The notes: a model not told the origin generated them from the sequence alone. A stretch of 64,000 nt of DNA from Pseudomonadota bacterium (GCA_018240895.1 JAFEEX010000029.1:851-64850); one strand, 5' to 3'; shown: positions 1 to 9,622, counted from the stretch's first letter. Made by a program: numbers and translations.

Positions 1-2364
1 GACATCGTCGTCACCGCGCAAAAGCGGACCGAGAAACTGCAGGAAATTCCGGTCGCCGCCGCAGTGCTGACCGCCGACGCAGTGGCGCAGCAACACGTTA
101 CCGACCTGTCGGACATCAACCATGTCGTGCCATCGGTTGAAATCAAGGGCACCTTCAACGGCCGCGTCCCCTATGGCATCCGCGGCATATCGACCAACGC
201 CAACGAAGGTGCGATCGGGCTGACATCGGGCGTTTCTATCCAGGTTGACGGTGTGCCGGTCCCGGCGGACAGCTTTGCCGCCAACACCGTTTCCGACGTG
301 TCCTCGCTGGAAGTGCTGAAAGGTCCGCAGGCGACACTGGGCGGGCGCACGGCCTCTGCCGGGGTGATCAACTTCGTCACCTATTCACCAACCCGGACGA
401 CCCAGGGTGGGTTCAGCGCGACCATCACTGACGATGGCGAGGCGCGCGTTGACGCCCACGTTTCCGGCCCGATCACTGACACGATCGGTTTCAGCATCGC
501 CGGGTTTGACAGCCGCACGCCCTATCCGGTCTATAACCTGACGCTGAACCAGAAATCGCGCGGCGATCAGCGGGGCATTCGCGGCAAGCTGAAGTTCGAA
601 CCGAGCGATGCCTTCGACATCACCCTGATGGGTCACTATGCGCTTGCCACCTCGCGCGGGGAAAACTTCGTGCCGGTCTATTTCACATCCGGCGCGGCGC
701 TGTTCCCCTTCATTCCCAGCGAGTTCAACGGCCCGGGCGGTTCGCCCAGCTTCTTCGGCATTCGCCAGGCGACCGCCTATCCCGGTTTCACCATCCAGTA
801 CGGCAACACCGACTATGCATCGCCGGTCGCCATGGGATCACGCTATGAGGATATCGATGGTTCGGTGGTCGCCAATCTCAAGCTGGGTGATCTGACGCTG
901 ACCTCAACCAGCGCGCTGTTCAAGGAAAACCAGTTCCAGTCGCAGGACATCTTCGAATCGAACGTCTATTTCTTCGATATCCTGACCGGCGGCCACGCCC
1001 CGCACTTCGGCAACATCCAGACCGCCGATGGCGAGGTTCGCCAGTTCACGCAGGAATTCAAGCTGGCGTCCGACCCCAGCAAGCCGGTCAACTTCCTGGT
1101 TGGTGCCTATTATTCCAACATGACGGTGGACCAGACCGGGCTGCGCGTGTGGGTGGGCAACCCGGCTGCGAAGCGCAACGTTTCCAACACCAAGAACTAC
1201 GCGCTTTATGGCCGCGCCACCTTCAAGGCGAGCGACCAGTTCTCGATGACCGCCGGCCTGCGTTACAACCATGACAAGATCGGCTGGAACCTTGACGAAT
1301 ACTTCAATCCGGCGGCGGGTCAATTCTACAACTGCAATCCCAACTTCGACGCCGCGGCGGGCACCGGCGTTCCGACGGGCTGCTCGTTCGCCTTCACTGA
1401 CAGTTCGAACACGGTTGTGGGCGATGTTTCGCTGCAATTCCACCCGAGCCGTGACACCATGGCCTATGTGTCTTACACCCGTGGTTACAAGCCGCGCGCC
1501 TTCAACACGGTGCATGATTTCAGCTCGTTCCAGACCGGGCCGATTTACCTGCCCAGTCAGGCTGCGCTGACCGCTGCCCAGGTCACTGCCGCGCAGAATG
1601 CCTATGCAACGGACCTGCTGTTCCACAAACCTGCCGAAAAGGAAACGATCGACAGCTTTGAAGCGGGCCTCAAAACCTCGCTGCTGGATCGGCACATGAC
1701 GTTCAACCTGGCGGCGTTCTATACCAACTACAAGAATTACCAGGCGCAGATCTTCGACACTTCGCAAGTGATCGGCGTTCTGGTTCTGGCCAATGCCGGG
1801 GCATCGACCCGGGGCGTGGAAGCTGACCTGAACTACGTCAACGCCAATACCCGCCTGTCACTGTCGGCGGCCTATATCGACGCCAAGTTCAAGGACTTCC
1901 CCGCTGCGACCTGCTATCCCACCCAGACCGCGGCGCAGGGCTGCGCTGCCGGGGTCCAGAACCTCAGCGGAAAGCCGATGCCGGCTTCGCCCAAATTCAA
2001 GGTCAACGCCAGCGTCCAGCAGACCGTGCCGCTGTCAAGCTTCAACGTGCTGCTGGGCGGCAACCTGTCATACCGGTCCAGCACCATGCTGCAGGCCAAT
2101 CAGAACCCGCAGACCAACCAGCCGGCCTTTGCCCTGCTTGACCTTAGCCTGGGTTTCCAGACCAAGGATGAGAAGGCATCGCTGACCTTCTTCGTCAACA
2201 ATGTCACCAACCACTTCTATTACACCAACATGGAAGACTTCTTCTCCGGGGCGACCGGGTTTGGTCCTCCGGGACCGACCTTCGTTCCCGCGAACATGGT
2301 GATCGGCCAGCCGGCGCGCGATGCGCATCGCTATTTCGGCGGGCGCGTGGCGTTCAAGTTCTGA
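1..2364 (+). CDS. TonB-dependent receptor (5'-truncated by the window edge)
   Basis: Frame is open from base 1 (DIVVTAQKRTEKLQEIP, TonB-box/plug start); plug motif LEVLKGPQATLGGR; C-terminal beta-strand ending ...GGRVAFKF. Confidence 0.95.
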   Translation, partial: DIVVTAQKRTEKLQEIPVAAAVLTADAVAQQHVTDLSDINHVVPSVEIKGTFNGRVPYGIRGISTNANEGAIGLTSGVSIQVDGVPVPADSFAANTVSDVSSLEVLKGPQATLGGRTASAGVINFVTYSPTRTTQGGFSATITDDGEARVDAHVSGPITDTIGFSIAGFDSRTPYPVYNLTLNQKSRGDQRGIRGKLKFEPSDAFDITLMGHYALATSRGENFVPVYFTSGAALFPFIPSEFNGPGGSPSFFGIRQATAYPGFTIQYGNTDYASPVAMGSRYEDIDGSVVANLKLGDLTLTSTSALFKENQFQSQDIFESNVYFFDILTGGHAPHFGNIQTADGEVRQFTQEFKLASDPSKPVNFLVGAYYSNMTVDQTGLRVWVGNPAAKRNVSNTKNYALYGRATFKASDQFSMTAGLRYNHDKIGWNLDEYFNPAAGQFYNCNPNFDAAAGTGVPTGCSFAFTDSSNTVVGDVSLQFHPSRDTMAYVSYTRGYKPRAFNTVHDFSSFQTGPIYLPSQAALTAAQVTAAQNAYATDLLFHKPAEKETIDSFEAGLKTSLLDRHMTFNLAAFYTNYKNYQAQIFDTSQVIGVLVLANAGASTRGVEADLNYVNANTRLSLSAAYIDAKFKDFPAATCYPTQTAAQGCAAGVQNLSGKPMPASPKFKVNASVQQTVPLSSFNVLLGGNLSYRSSTMLQANQNPQTNQPAFALLDLSLGFQTKDEKASLTFFVNNVTNHFYYTNMEDFFSGATGFGPPGPTFVPANMVIGQPARDAHRYFGGRVAFKF

Positions 2365-2383
2365 ACGGAATGCAAATCAGGCG

Positions 2384-2419
2384 GGGCACCGGATCGCAAG
2401 GTCTGGTGCCCGGTCTTTT
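2384..2419 (+). terminator. Rho-independent terminator or stabilising hairpin after the TBDR
   Basis: gggcaccggatc-gcaa-ggtctggtgccc stem-loop followed by ggtctttt. Confidence 0.6.
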
Positions 2420-2430
2420 CAGGGATAACC

Positions 2431-3054
2431 ATGGAACACACGATCCGGCAGGATGATCTTGGCACTCACATCGACTGGGTGCTGCCCGGTGTGACCGCGC
2501 GGCAGATCGACTGGTTCTGGTCGAACATGGAAAAGGGCTTCATCCTGTGGCACCCCGAACAGCATGAACCGCTGACCTGGCCGGTTCCGCCGGCTCATGG
2601 CAATCCGCTTGGCGCGGTGCACAATGCTCCGCAGACCTGGGACGATGGCCGCCGGCAAGACCTTTACATCCGGTTCGAGCGGCTGGAGGACGTTCCCGCC
2701 GCGCTGCGCGAACGGATCCGTTATGCGCACGCCATCATCGTTGCCGGACTGGGCTTTGACCTGAGCGCGATCGAGACTGACATGCCGCTTGGCTACCGCC
2801 TGCACCAGTGGCAGGACAGCGCCGGCGGCGTGGTCGGCTCCTCAACCGCGATCGGCCTTGCCAAGCCGGAAACGCCCGCTGACGGCCTTGTCTGGGCCGC
2901 TCACGCCGCGGGTGAAATCGGCAATTGGGCGCACTTCCTTCCCGATCTCTACCGCCTTTACAGCGTCGTTACCGATCCGCGCCGCAATCCCTTTGCCGAT
3001 CTTTCGCTGAACGGCAGCGGGGCCGCCGCGCATTACCGCCATATCCCAGCCTGA
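2431..3054 (+). CDS. PhlG/DAPG-hydrolase (phloretin-hydrolase)-like protein
   Basis: PGVT-x3-IDWFW...F-x-LWHPEQH N-terminal pattern resembles the DAPG hydrolase family; late H-x3-E motif (HAAGE) followed by FLPDLY. Confidence 0.6.
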   Translation: MEHTIRQDDLGTHIDWVLPGVTARQIDWFWSNMEKGFILWHPEQHEPLTWPVPPAHGNPLGAVHNAPQTWDDGRRQDLYIRFERLEDVPAALRERIRYAHAIIVAGLGFDLSAIETDMPLGYRLHQWQDSAGGVVGSSTAIGLAKPETPADGLVWAAHAAGEIGNWAHFLPDLYRLYSVVTDPRRNPFADLSLNGSGAAAHYRHIPA

Positions 3055-3073
3055 ACCCCGGGGAGTTTTCGTC

Positions 3074-3994
3074 ATGCCTGTCATCATCACCGGAGCCGGC
3101 GGCTTTGTTGGCCGCGAACTGATCCGCCAGTTGCTTGGTGCCGGCACGCAGGTTGTCGGGATCGACAGCGCCGCCGCGGCGATACCCGCGGGGGCCAGAG
3201 CGGTGGCCGGAAATCTCGCCGATCCCGCGGTTCGCAGCGAGGCGCTGGCGAACGGATGCAGCGCGGTGATCCATCTTGCCACGGTTCCCGGCGGCGCGGC
3301 TGAAGCGGACCCTGATGCCAGCCGGCGGATCAACGTCGATGCGATGTACGATCTGTTGCTGGAAGCCGGAGCCGCCGGAAATCGCCCCCGTTTCGTCTAT
3401 GCCAGTTCAATCGCGGTGTTCGGCGATCCGCTTCCCGCCAGCGTCGATGACGACACCCCCCTGTCCCCCAAAATGATCTATGGCGGGCACAAGGCGATGA
3501 TGGAAAATGCGGTGGCGCTGTTTTCCAACCGCGGCCTGATCGACGGGGTCACTGTGCGCCTGCCCGGAATCCTGGCCCGGCCCAAGGGGCCATCGGGAAT
3601 GAAATCCGCCTTCATGAGCGATCTGTTCCACGCCCTGAAGGCGGGTGATGCCTTCGTCTGTCCGGTATCGGCTGACGGGATGATCTGGGCCGAATCGGTC
3701 AATCGCTGCGCCGCCAATTTTGTCCACGCGCTGACCCTGGACACCGCATTGCTCCCGCCGACCCGCGCGGTGACCCTGCCGGCGCTGCGCATCCGCATGG
3801 GCGATCTGGCCGGGGAGATCGCACGGCAATGCGGGGTTTCTCCGGATCTGGTCAGCTACGCGCCCGACGCCGCGCTGGAGGCGGCCTTCGCCGCGCAGCC
3901 GCCGCTCGCCACGCCCGCCGCCGATCGGGCGGGCTTTGCCCACGATGGCGATCTTGCTACACTGGTCGCCAGCGCCCTTGCCACGCTGAGCTAG
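3074..3994 (+). CDS. NAD-dependent epimerase/dehydratase (extended SDR; FdeJ/DenD-like)
   Basis: TGAGGFVG Rossmann motif, SSIAVFG, YGGHK catalytic YxxxK. Confidence 0.85.
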   Translation: MPVIITGAGGFVGRELIRQLLGAGTQVVGIDSAAAAIPAGARAVAGNLADPAVRSEALANGCSAVIHLATVPGGAAEADPDASRRINVDAMYDLLLEAGAAGNRPRFVYASSIAVFGDPLPASVDDDTPLSPKMIYGGHKAMMENAVALFSNRGLIDGVTVRLPGILARPKGPSGMKSAFMSDLFHALKAGDAFVCPVSADGMIWAESVNRCAANFVHALTLDTALLPPTRAVTLPALRIRMGDLAGEIARQCGVSPDLVSYAPDAALEAAFAAQPPLATPAADRAGFAHDGDLATLVASALATLS

Positions 3995-4005
3995 GGCGCG
4001 GGGAG

Positions 4006-5013
4006 ATGGCGATGCGGTTTGGACGGCTTGATCTTAACCTGCTGGTGGCGCTTGACGCGCTGCTGACCGAACGCAGCGTCAGTCTTGCAGCTGACCGGCT
4101 GTGCCTGTCCCAATCGGCCACATCGAGCGCGCTGGGCCGTCTGCGCGACTATTTCGGCGATGATCTGCTGGTGGTGAAAGGCCGGCACATGATCCTGACC
4201 GCGCGGGCCGAGGAATTGATCGAACCCGTCCGCGCCGTGCTTGAGCAAATCCGGTCAACCATTGCCATCGCCCCGCCTTTCGATCCGGCCACGGCGGACC
4301 GCCAGATCCGCATCATGGCATCCGATTACACAACGCAGGTGCTGCTGGCCGAAGCGCTGGCTCAACTGGCGATCGATGCGCCCAACCTGCGTTTCGAAAT
4401 CCAGCCGATGAGCACCAACCCGGTCGAGGCGATCGAGCGCGGCTTCGTTGATTTCCTGATCACCATCGATTTTGCCGTTTCGGCAGATCATCCCAGCCAG
4501 GTCTTGTTTGAGGATGATTACGTGGTGGTCGGTGCCGCAGACAACCCGGCGATGCAGGGCGAGATGACCCGCGAACGCTATTTTTCGCTGGGCCACGTCG
4601 CCGCCCGCTTTGGCCGGGCGCAAATGCCCGCGTTTGAGGAATGGTTCACCCGCCGGCAGAAACAGCAGCGGCGGATCGAGGTGGTTGCCCCTACTTTCCT
4701 GTCGCTGCCCGGCCTTGTCCTGGGCACCAGCCGGATTGTCACCATGCATCGCCGCCTGGCCCAGCAAGTGGTCGATACCTTCCCCCTGGTGATGCGCGAA
4801 CTGCCCTTTCAGATCCCGCCGATCCGCGAGGTGGTGCAATGGCACCTGACCAACAGCAATGACCGCGCGCTGCGCTGGGTGGTCGAACGGCTGGAGGCGG
4901 TGGCCCAGCACCGCGTACCGCGTCACGACAATGTTATCCCGCTTGATCCGGCCGACGAACTGCGACGCGATGAGATTGCGGCCCGGTGGCAGAACGATAC
5001 CGGCTCTAGATAA
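4006..5013 (+). CDS. LysR-family regulator, NodD/FdeR-like
   Basis: N-terminus MRFGRLDLNLLVALDALLTERSVS...LGRLRDYFGDDLL closely resembles NodD; ASDY, LGHV..RFG, RRIEVV, TMHRRLA are NodD-type motifs; GGAG RBS upstream. Confidence 0.9.
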   Translation: MAMRFGRLDLNLLVALDALLTERSVSLAADRLCLSQSATSSALGRLRDYFGDDLLVVKGRHMILTARAEELIEPVRAVLEQIRSTIAIAPPFDPATADRQIRIMASDYTTQVLLAEALAQLAIDAPNLRFEIQPMSTNPVEAIERGFVDFLITIDFAVSADHPSQVLFEDDYVVVGAADNPAMQGEMTRERYFSLGHVAARFGRAQMPAFEEWFTRRQKQQRRIEVVAPTFLSLPGLVLGTSRIVTMHRRLAQQVVDTFPLVMRELPFQIPPIREVVQWHLTNSNDRALRWVVERLEAVAQHRVPRHDNVIPLDPADELRRDEIAARWQNDTGSR

Positions 5014-5416
5014 GGTCAAAGCGGCGGCGTGCCGCTTCGATCATGGTATCGCGGGATTTGACCCACTCGATCGTTCGCCGCGCCTGATCCTGCAGGTCCG
5101 CGCCCATGGGGGTGAGGCGGTAAGATACCTTGGGCGGCACGTCAGCCGTTACGATCCGCGTAACGAAACCGTCGCGCTCCAGCGTCCGCAGTTTCAGCGT
5201 CAGTACCCGCTGCGAAATCGCCTGCTCGGCAGACAGGCTGGCCAGCATCCGCTTCAGTTCGGCATGACGCCATTCGCCGGTTGCCAGCACCAGCAGGATC
5301 AGCGTGGTCCACCGGTCACCCAGCAGGGCCATGACCGAGCGGACCGGGGCATCGCGGCCAGTCCCGTGTTCGGCCATTTCCGCGGCCAGCGCTTCGATTG
5401 TCTGGTGCATCGCCAT
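5006..5416 (-). CDS. HxlR-family transcriptional regulator
   Basis: LGDRWTTLIL, ISQRVLTLKLRTLERDGFV, VPPKVSYRLT. Confidence 0.9.
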   Translation of the reverse strand: MAMHQTIEALAAEMAEHGTGRDAPVRSVMALLGDRWTTLILLVLATGEWRHAELKRMLASLSAEQAISQRVLTLKLRTLERDGFVTRIVTADVPPKVSYRLTPMGADLQDQARRTIEWVKSRDTMIEAARRRFDLI

Positions 5417-5507
5417 CCCGTTGCAGGCACAAAAAAGTGCCGTCTTCCCTCTGCCTCCGCGCAGTCTAGAACACCCTGCCAGAGAGGCAAGAACGGGAGA
5501 GAGCGGC

Positions 5508-6317
5508 ATGACTGTCGATGCGATCCGGATGGATGGCAAGGTGGCGATTGTTACTGGCGGGGCGGGCGGAATCGGTTTTGCCACCGGGCAATTGATGGCC
5601 GCGCGCGGTGCCCATGTGGTTCTGGCCGACATCGCGGTTGAACGCGCGAAGGAACTGGCCGCAACCCTGCCAGACGCGATCGGCCTGCCGCTTGATCTTG
5701 GCGACGAACATTCGATCGAGGCCCTGGTCGAGGCCGCCGTGACGCACTTCGGGCGGCTTGATGTGCTGCACAACAATGCCGCGCTGCTCGGCCCGGAAAT
5801 CGCCCGGAACGACGGCGATATCGAACAGATGGCGACGGACCTGTGGGACCGCACATACCGCGTCAACGTGCGCGGCACGATGATCGCCTGCCGCGCCGCC
5901 CTGCCGCATCTGCGCGCAAGCCGCGGCAACATCGTCAACACCGTCAGCAATCTGGCGCTGCAAGGCCATATGATCCAGGCGGCCTATTCCTCGTCAAAGG
6001 CAGCGATCATCCAGATGACCCGCGCCATCGCCGCCAGCCACGGACCGACCGGTGTGCGCTGCAACGCGGTTGCCCCCGGCATGACCATGACCCCGGCCCT
6101 GCGCGAGGCCTTTCCCCCCACCCTGCGCAAGGCAGTGGAGGATGAAACCCTGCGCGATCAACTTGGCGATCCGGAGGATATTGCCGAGGCGGTTGCCTTC
6201 CTTGCCAGCGACGCTGCGCGCAACATCACCGGGCAGGTGCTGGTCGCCGATGGCGGCTGCGCCAGCCACGTGCCGGGGATTGCGCAGTTCCGGGCGTTTT
6301 TCTCGGATAACCAGTGA
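5508..6317 (+). CDS. SDR-family oxidoreductase
   Basis: TGGAGGIG, NNA, YSSSK, RCNAVAPG. Confidence 0.9.
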   Translation: MTVDAIRMDGKVAIVTGGAGGIGFATGQLMAARGAHVVLADIAVERAKELAATLPDAIGLPLDLGDEHSIEALVEAAVTHFGRLDVLHNNAALLGPEIARNDGDIEQMATDLWDRTYRVNVRGTMIACRAALPHLRASRGNIVNTVSNLALQGHMIQAAYSSSKAAIIQMTRAIAASHGPTGVRCNAVAPGMTMTPALREAFPPTLRKAVEDETLRDQLGDPEDIAEAVAFLASDAARNITGQVLVADGGCASHVPGIAQFRAFFSDNQ

Positions 6318-6328
6318 CGCGCGCCCCA

Positions 6329-6403
6329 CATCCGTTCGTCCCGAGCGAAGTCGAGGGACAGGGCGCGCGACGGTCCCTCGACTTCGCTCGGGACGAACGG
6401 ATG
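6329..6403. repeat. REP-like palindrome (GAGCGAAGTCGA family)
   Basis: catccgttcgtcccgagcgaagtcgagggac ... gtccctcgacttcgctcgggacgaacggatg perfect inverted repeat. Confidence 0.85.
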
Positions 6404-6429
6404 CGGGTTCTGAATATCGAAAGGTCCTA

Positions 6430-8019
6430 ATGATGAGCAATTACGACGTCGTCGTCATGGGTGCGGGCCACAATGGCCTGACCGCCGCCGCCTACATGGC
6501 CAAGGCCGGCAAGAAGGTGCTCGTCCTTGAACGCAAGCCCCATTACGGCGGCGGGGTTTCCACCCGCGAGCTGCTTCACCCCGGGTTCTGGCATGATGAG
6601 CATTCCAACGTCCACATCATGATCCAGGGCAACCCGATGCTGCGCGAGGACGAGCTGGGGCTGCTCTCCAAATTCGGGCTCGAATATATCTACCCCGATC
6701 TGGTTCACGTCTCGATCTGGGAGGATGGCACCGTCATCCGTTCCTACAAGGACCTGGACAAAACCTGCGAGGAGCTGGCCCGGGTCGCCAGCCCCAAGGA
6801 CGCCGAAGCCTATCGCAAATTCGTCGGCATGAGCCAGACCGCGCTGCCCATGCTGATGAGCGGAATGTATGCCCCGCCCTTCCCGCTGGGCGCTTTCGTG
6901 GCGATGATGGACCAGAGCGATGAGGGCCGCTTCCTGCTCGACCTGATGCAGCGCACCGCGCTTGATATCGTCGATGCCTATTTCGACAGCGACCTGCTCA
7001 AGCTCCACATCGTCCGCATGGTGACAGAGAACCTGCAGATGCCCGACGAACTGGGCACCGGCATGGGGGCCTTCGTCATGCCGGGGATCATCCACACCTT
7101 CGGCTGCTCGATGCCCAAGGGCGGATCGGGGCAATTGAGCCACGCGCTGGTCCGCGCGATCGAGCATTTCGGCGGCGAAGTGCGCTGCAATGCCGAGGTG
7201 AAGAAGGTGCTGGTCTCTGGCGGCAAGGCCGTGGGGCTTGAACTGACCGACGGCGAAACTTTCATGGCCCGCGACGGGGTGATCGCCGCGATCCATCCGC
7301 ACGTGCTGCGCAAATTCGTGGCCGAAACCCCCGGGCCGGTGCTGGAACGGGCCGAGCGGGTCACCCAGTCAACCTTCTCGATCAACCTCACCCACATGAC
7401 GCTGAAGGAACGACTGAAGCTCAAGGTCGGCAACGACTGCAACGCGATGATGACCGAGCTGATGGACTTCTACTCCGTCCGCGAGATGAACCTTGAATAT
7501 GATAAGCTGCGGCGCGGCGAGGTGAGCGAGCGGCTGATCGCGGGCGGTGACAACACCATCTTCGACCCCAGCCGCGCGCCCGACGGGGCCGGGGTGTTCT
7601 ATGGCGTCAACTTTGCACCCTATGACCTTTACCCCAATGGCCCCGGATCGTGGGACGCGCGCAAGGACGCGATCGCGGACAAGGCGCTGGCGCAATACCG
7701 CAAATTCTATGCAAACCTGACCGATGACAACATTACCGGCCGCCTGATCCGGTCCCCGATCGATCATGAGCGTGACAGCCCGGCCAGCTTCGTGCGCGGC
7801 GACATTCACGGCTGCGCGCCGTTCTTCTATCAGTCCGCCGGGCACCGCCCCACCGCTGATCTTGGCAGCCTGCGGGTGCCGGAAATCGAGGGGCTCTACC
7901 TCGTCGGGCCGTTCATGCATCCGGGCGGCGGGGTGTTCGGCGCGGGCCGCGCCACCGCGATCCAGATGATGGATGACGAAGGCATCGATTATGACAAGGT
8001 GTGTGGAGGGCCGGTGTGA
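6430..8019 (+). CDS. Phytoene-desaturase-family FAD-dependent oxidoreductase
   Basis: GAGHNGLTAAAYMAKAGKKVLVLER FAD motif; PKGGSGQL; C-terminal GLYLVGPFMHPGGGV. Confidence 0.88.
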   Translation: MMSNYDVVVMGAGHNGLTAAAYMAKAGKKVLVLERKPHYGGGVSTRELLHPGFWHDEHSNVHIMIQGNPMLREDELGLLSKFGLEYIYPDLVHVSIWEDGTVIRSYKDLDKTCEELARVASPKDAEAYRKFVGMSQTALPMLMSGMYAPPFPLGAFVAMMDQSDEGRFLLDLMQRTALDIVDAYFDSDLLKLHIVRMVTENLQMPDELGTGMGAFVMPGIIHTFGCSMPKGGSGQLSHALVRAIEHFGGEVRCNAEVKKVLVSGGKAVGLELTDGETFMARDGVIAAIHPHVLRKFVAETPGPVLERAERVTQSTFSINLTHMTLKERLKLKVGNDCNAMMTELMDFYSVREMNLEYDKLRRGEVSERLIAGGDNTIFDPSRAPDGAGVFYGVNFAPYDLYPNGPGSWDARKDAIADKALAQYRKFYANLTDDNITGRLIRSPIDHERDSPASFVRGDIHGCAPFFYQSAGHRPTADLGSLRVPEIEGLYLVGPFMHPGGGVFGAGRATAIQMMDDEGIDYDKVCGGPV

Positions 8020-8246
8020 TGGCGAAGGCAAAGGTGCCGGTGGCGACGATTCTTGACGCCAATGACAAGGAATTGATGGCAATCCGCAAGATCGCGGGTG
8101 AGGATGGCAACCTGGTGATCCGCGGCAAGATCTTCGGGGCCATGCCAATGGTCGCCAAACTGACCCCAGCGGAGGCACGCGCCGCATTGAAATTGCTCGA
8201 TTTCCGGACCTTCGTGTTCCTGTTGACCATGCTGTTTCGACGCTAA
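8019..8246 (+). CDS. Small hypothetical protein (75 aa) translationally coupled to the oxidoreductase
   Basis: TGATG stop/start overlap at 8017-8021; GGAGG upstream; hydrophobic C-terminus. Confidence 0.75.
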   Translation: MAKAKVPVATILDANDKELMAIRKIAGEDGNLVIRGKIFGAMPMVAKLTPAEARAALKLLDFRTFVFLLTMLFRR

Positions 8247-8258
8247 CACGGATCGTTA

Positions 8259-8272
8259 CAAGATATATCTTG
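8259..8272. promoter_or_regulatory. PadR/YqjI-type operator palindrome overlapping a TTGACT -35-like box
   Basis: perfect palindrome CAAGATATATCTTG upstream of padR. Confidence 0.65.
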
Positions 8273-8332
8273 ACTATTCCAGATAGTGATCCTATTTCCC
8301 GGTTCATGAGAATGAACAAGGAGAACGCCACC

Positions 8333-8938
8333 ATGCGTGGATGTCATAACCGGGGTCGCAATTCGGCCCGTTTTGCCGCAATGGCGGCAGCTTTCGCCGC
8401 CGGAGGCGGTTTCGGCCAGCGCGGCCACGGTCGCCGCGGCGGCTTTGGCGGCCCGTTTGGCGAGGATGGCGGGCGGCGCGGCAAGCGCTTTGCCGGCGAG
8501 GAACTGCGCCTTATGGTGCTGGCCTTGCTTGAGGACGGCCCGCAGCACGGCTACCAATTGATCCGCAGCTTCGCCGAAAAAAGCAACGAGGCTTACAGCC
8601 CCAGCCCCGGCGTGCTTTATCCGCTGCTCACCCTGCTGCAGGATATGGATCTGATCGCGGAAGCCCCCGGCGAAGGCCGCACCCGCAGCTTTGAGCTGAC
8701 CGAGGCAGGCAAGGCCGAGCTTGAGGCCAACCGTGAACGCGCCGATGAAGCCCTGGCCCGTCTGACGGCCATGGGCGAGCAGGCCGGCCGCACCGATGCC
8801 GCCCCGGTCCGCCGGGCGATGATGAACCTGCGCACCGCCGCCATTCAGCGGCTGACGCGGGAGGGAGTGGACAACGAAACCGCCTTCGCCATCGCCGCTC
8901 TGCTCGATGAAGCCGCGCAGAAGATCGAAAGGCTCTGA
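8333..8938 (+). CDS. PadR-family (YqjI-like) regulator
   Basis: Gly/Arg-rich N-terminus, HGYQLI, YSPSPGVLYPLL; AAGGAG RBS. Confidence 0.9.
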   Translation: MRGCHNRGRNSARFAAMAAAFAAGGGFGQRGHGRRGGFGGPFGEDGGRRGKRFAGEELRLMVLALLEDGPQHGYQLIRSFAEKSNEAYSPSPGVLYPLLTLLQDMDLIAEAPGEGRTRSFELTEAGKAELEANRERADEALARLTAMGEQAGRTDAAPVRRAMMNLRTAAIQRLTREGVDNETAFAIAALLDEAAQKIERL

Positions 8939-8941
8939 GGC

Positions 8942-9268
8942 ATGCCTGAAAACTATTCCACCACTGCACAAGTCCCCACCGCCAGCGCCAGTCGCTACCT
9001 CCAGCAACTCAGCAAGCACTGGGCACACAATCTGGCGGTGGAGTTCGATGCCCATCACGGCACCGTGGTCTTTCCGAAGGATGCCCGCGGCGCCGATTGG
9101 CCGGGCGATGGCCTGTTCACCATGGACGCCTCGCCCGACACGCTGACGTGCCGGATCGACGCCTCGGCCCCCGGTCAGCGCGATGGCCTGAAGGGCGCAG
9201 TCGAACGCCACCTCAACCGCTTCGCCTTCCGCGAGGGCGAACTGGCGTTCGACTGGACCGATGATTGA
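8942..9268 (+). CDS. DUF2218 family protein
   Basis: TASASRYLQQLSKHWAH...HLNRFAFRE signature. Confidence 0.85.
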   Translation: MPENYSTTAQVPTASASRYLQQLSKHWAHNLAVEFDAHHGTVVFPKDARGADWPGDGLFTMDASPDTLTCRIDASAPGQRDGLKGAVERHLNRFAFREGELAFDWTDD

Positions 9269-9407
9269 TACCAGGGTTCATTGCCATGAACCTGCCCAGG
9301 CCGAGCCGGATAACGGGCCGGCCTGGATGCCGTGATTGACGGCGGATCCGGAGTCCAGCCGCGGGCGGCTTTCCGGAACAACGGCACAACAGAAGAATAT
9401 GAGGAAC

Positions 9408-9481
9408 TGGATGCCCCGCGAGGATTCGAACCTCGATTGACGGAGTCAGAGTCCGTAGTCTTACCTTTAGACGACGGGGCA
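9408..9481 (-). tRNA. tRNA-Gln (anticodon CTG)
   Basis: reverse complement TGCCCCGTCGTCTAAAGGTAAGACTACGGACT-CTG-ACTCCGTCAATCGAGGTTCGAATCCTCGCGGGGCATCCA; T-loop GGTTCGAATCC, encoded CCA. Confidence 0.97.
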
Positions 9482-9622
9482 ACAGGGGCGTGCCTCTAGG
9501 CGGGCAGGCGGCGCGCGTCAAGCGTGTGTGGTTGGCGGTCTTGCCCTGCGCGCAGAGCGCGGCTACGACTGTGTCAGGTACTCGCCAGACTTGGCGGGAA
9601 AATGATAACGAGTGTACGACCC

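Noticed and set aside
4006-5013. True symbiotic nodD or nodulation locus (with manB/manC read as noeK/noeJ)
   Set aside because: No nodABC or nif genes; the neighbours are catabolic, and the man genes are ordinary GDP-mannose genes 33 kb away
6430-8019. Carotenoid desaturase crtI
   Set aside because: No crtB, crtE or crtY nearby, and the sequence fits the broader dehydrogenase subfamily
9270-9400. Cluster of small hairpins between DUF2218 and the tRNA as a possible ncRNA
   Set aside because: No recognisable family; could simply be terminators for the convergent transcripts
1-9481. Possible tRNA-Gln-anchored genomic island to the left of the tRNA 3' end
   Set aside because: No integrase, no duplicated tRNA 3' end within the window, and codon usage looks native; cannot be supported here
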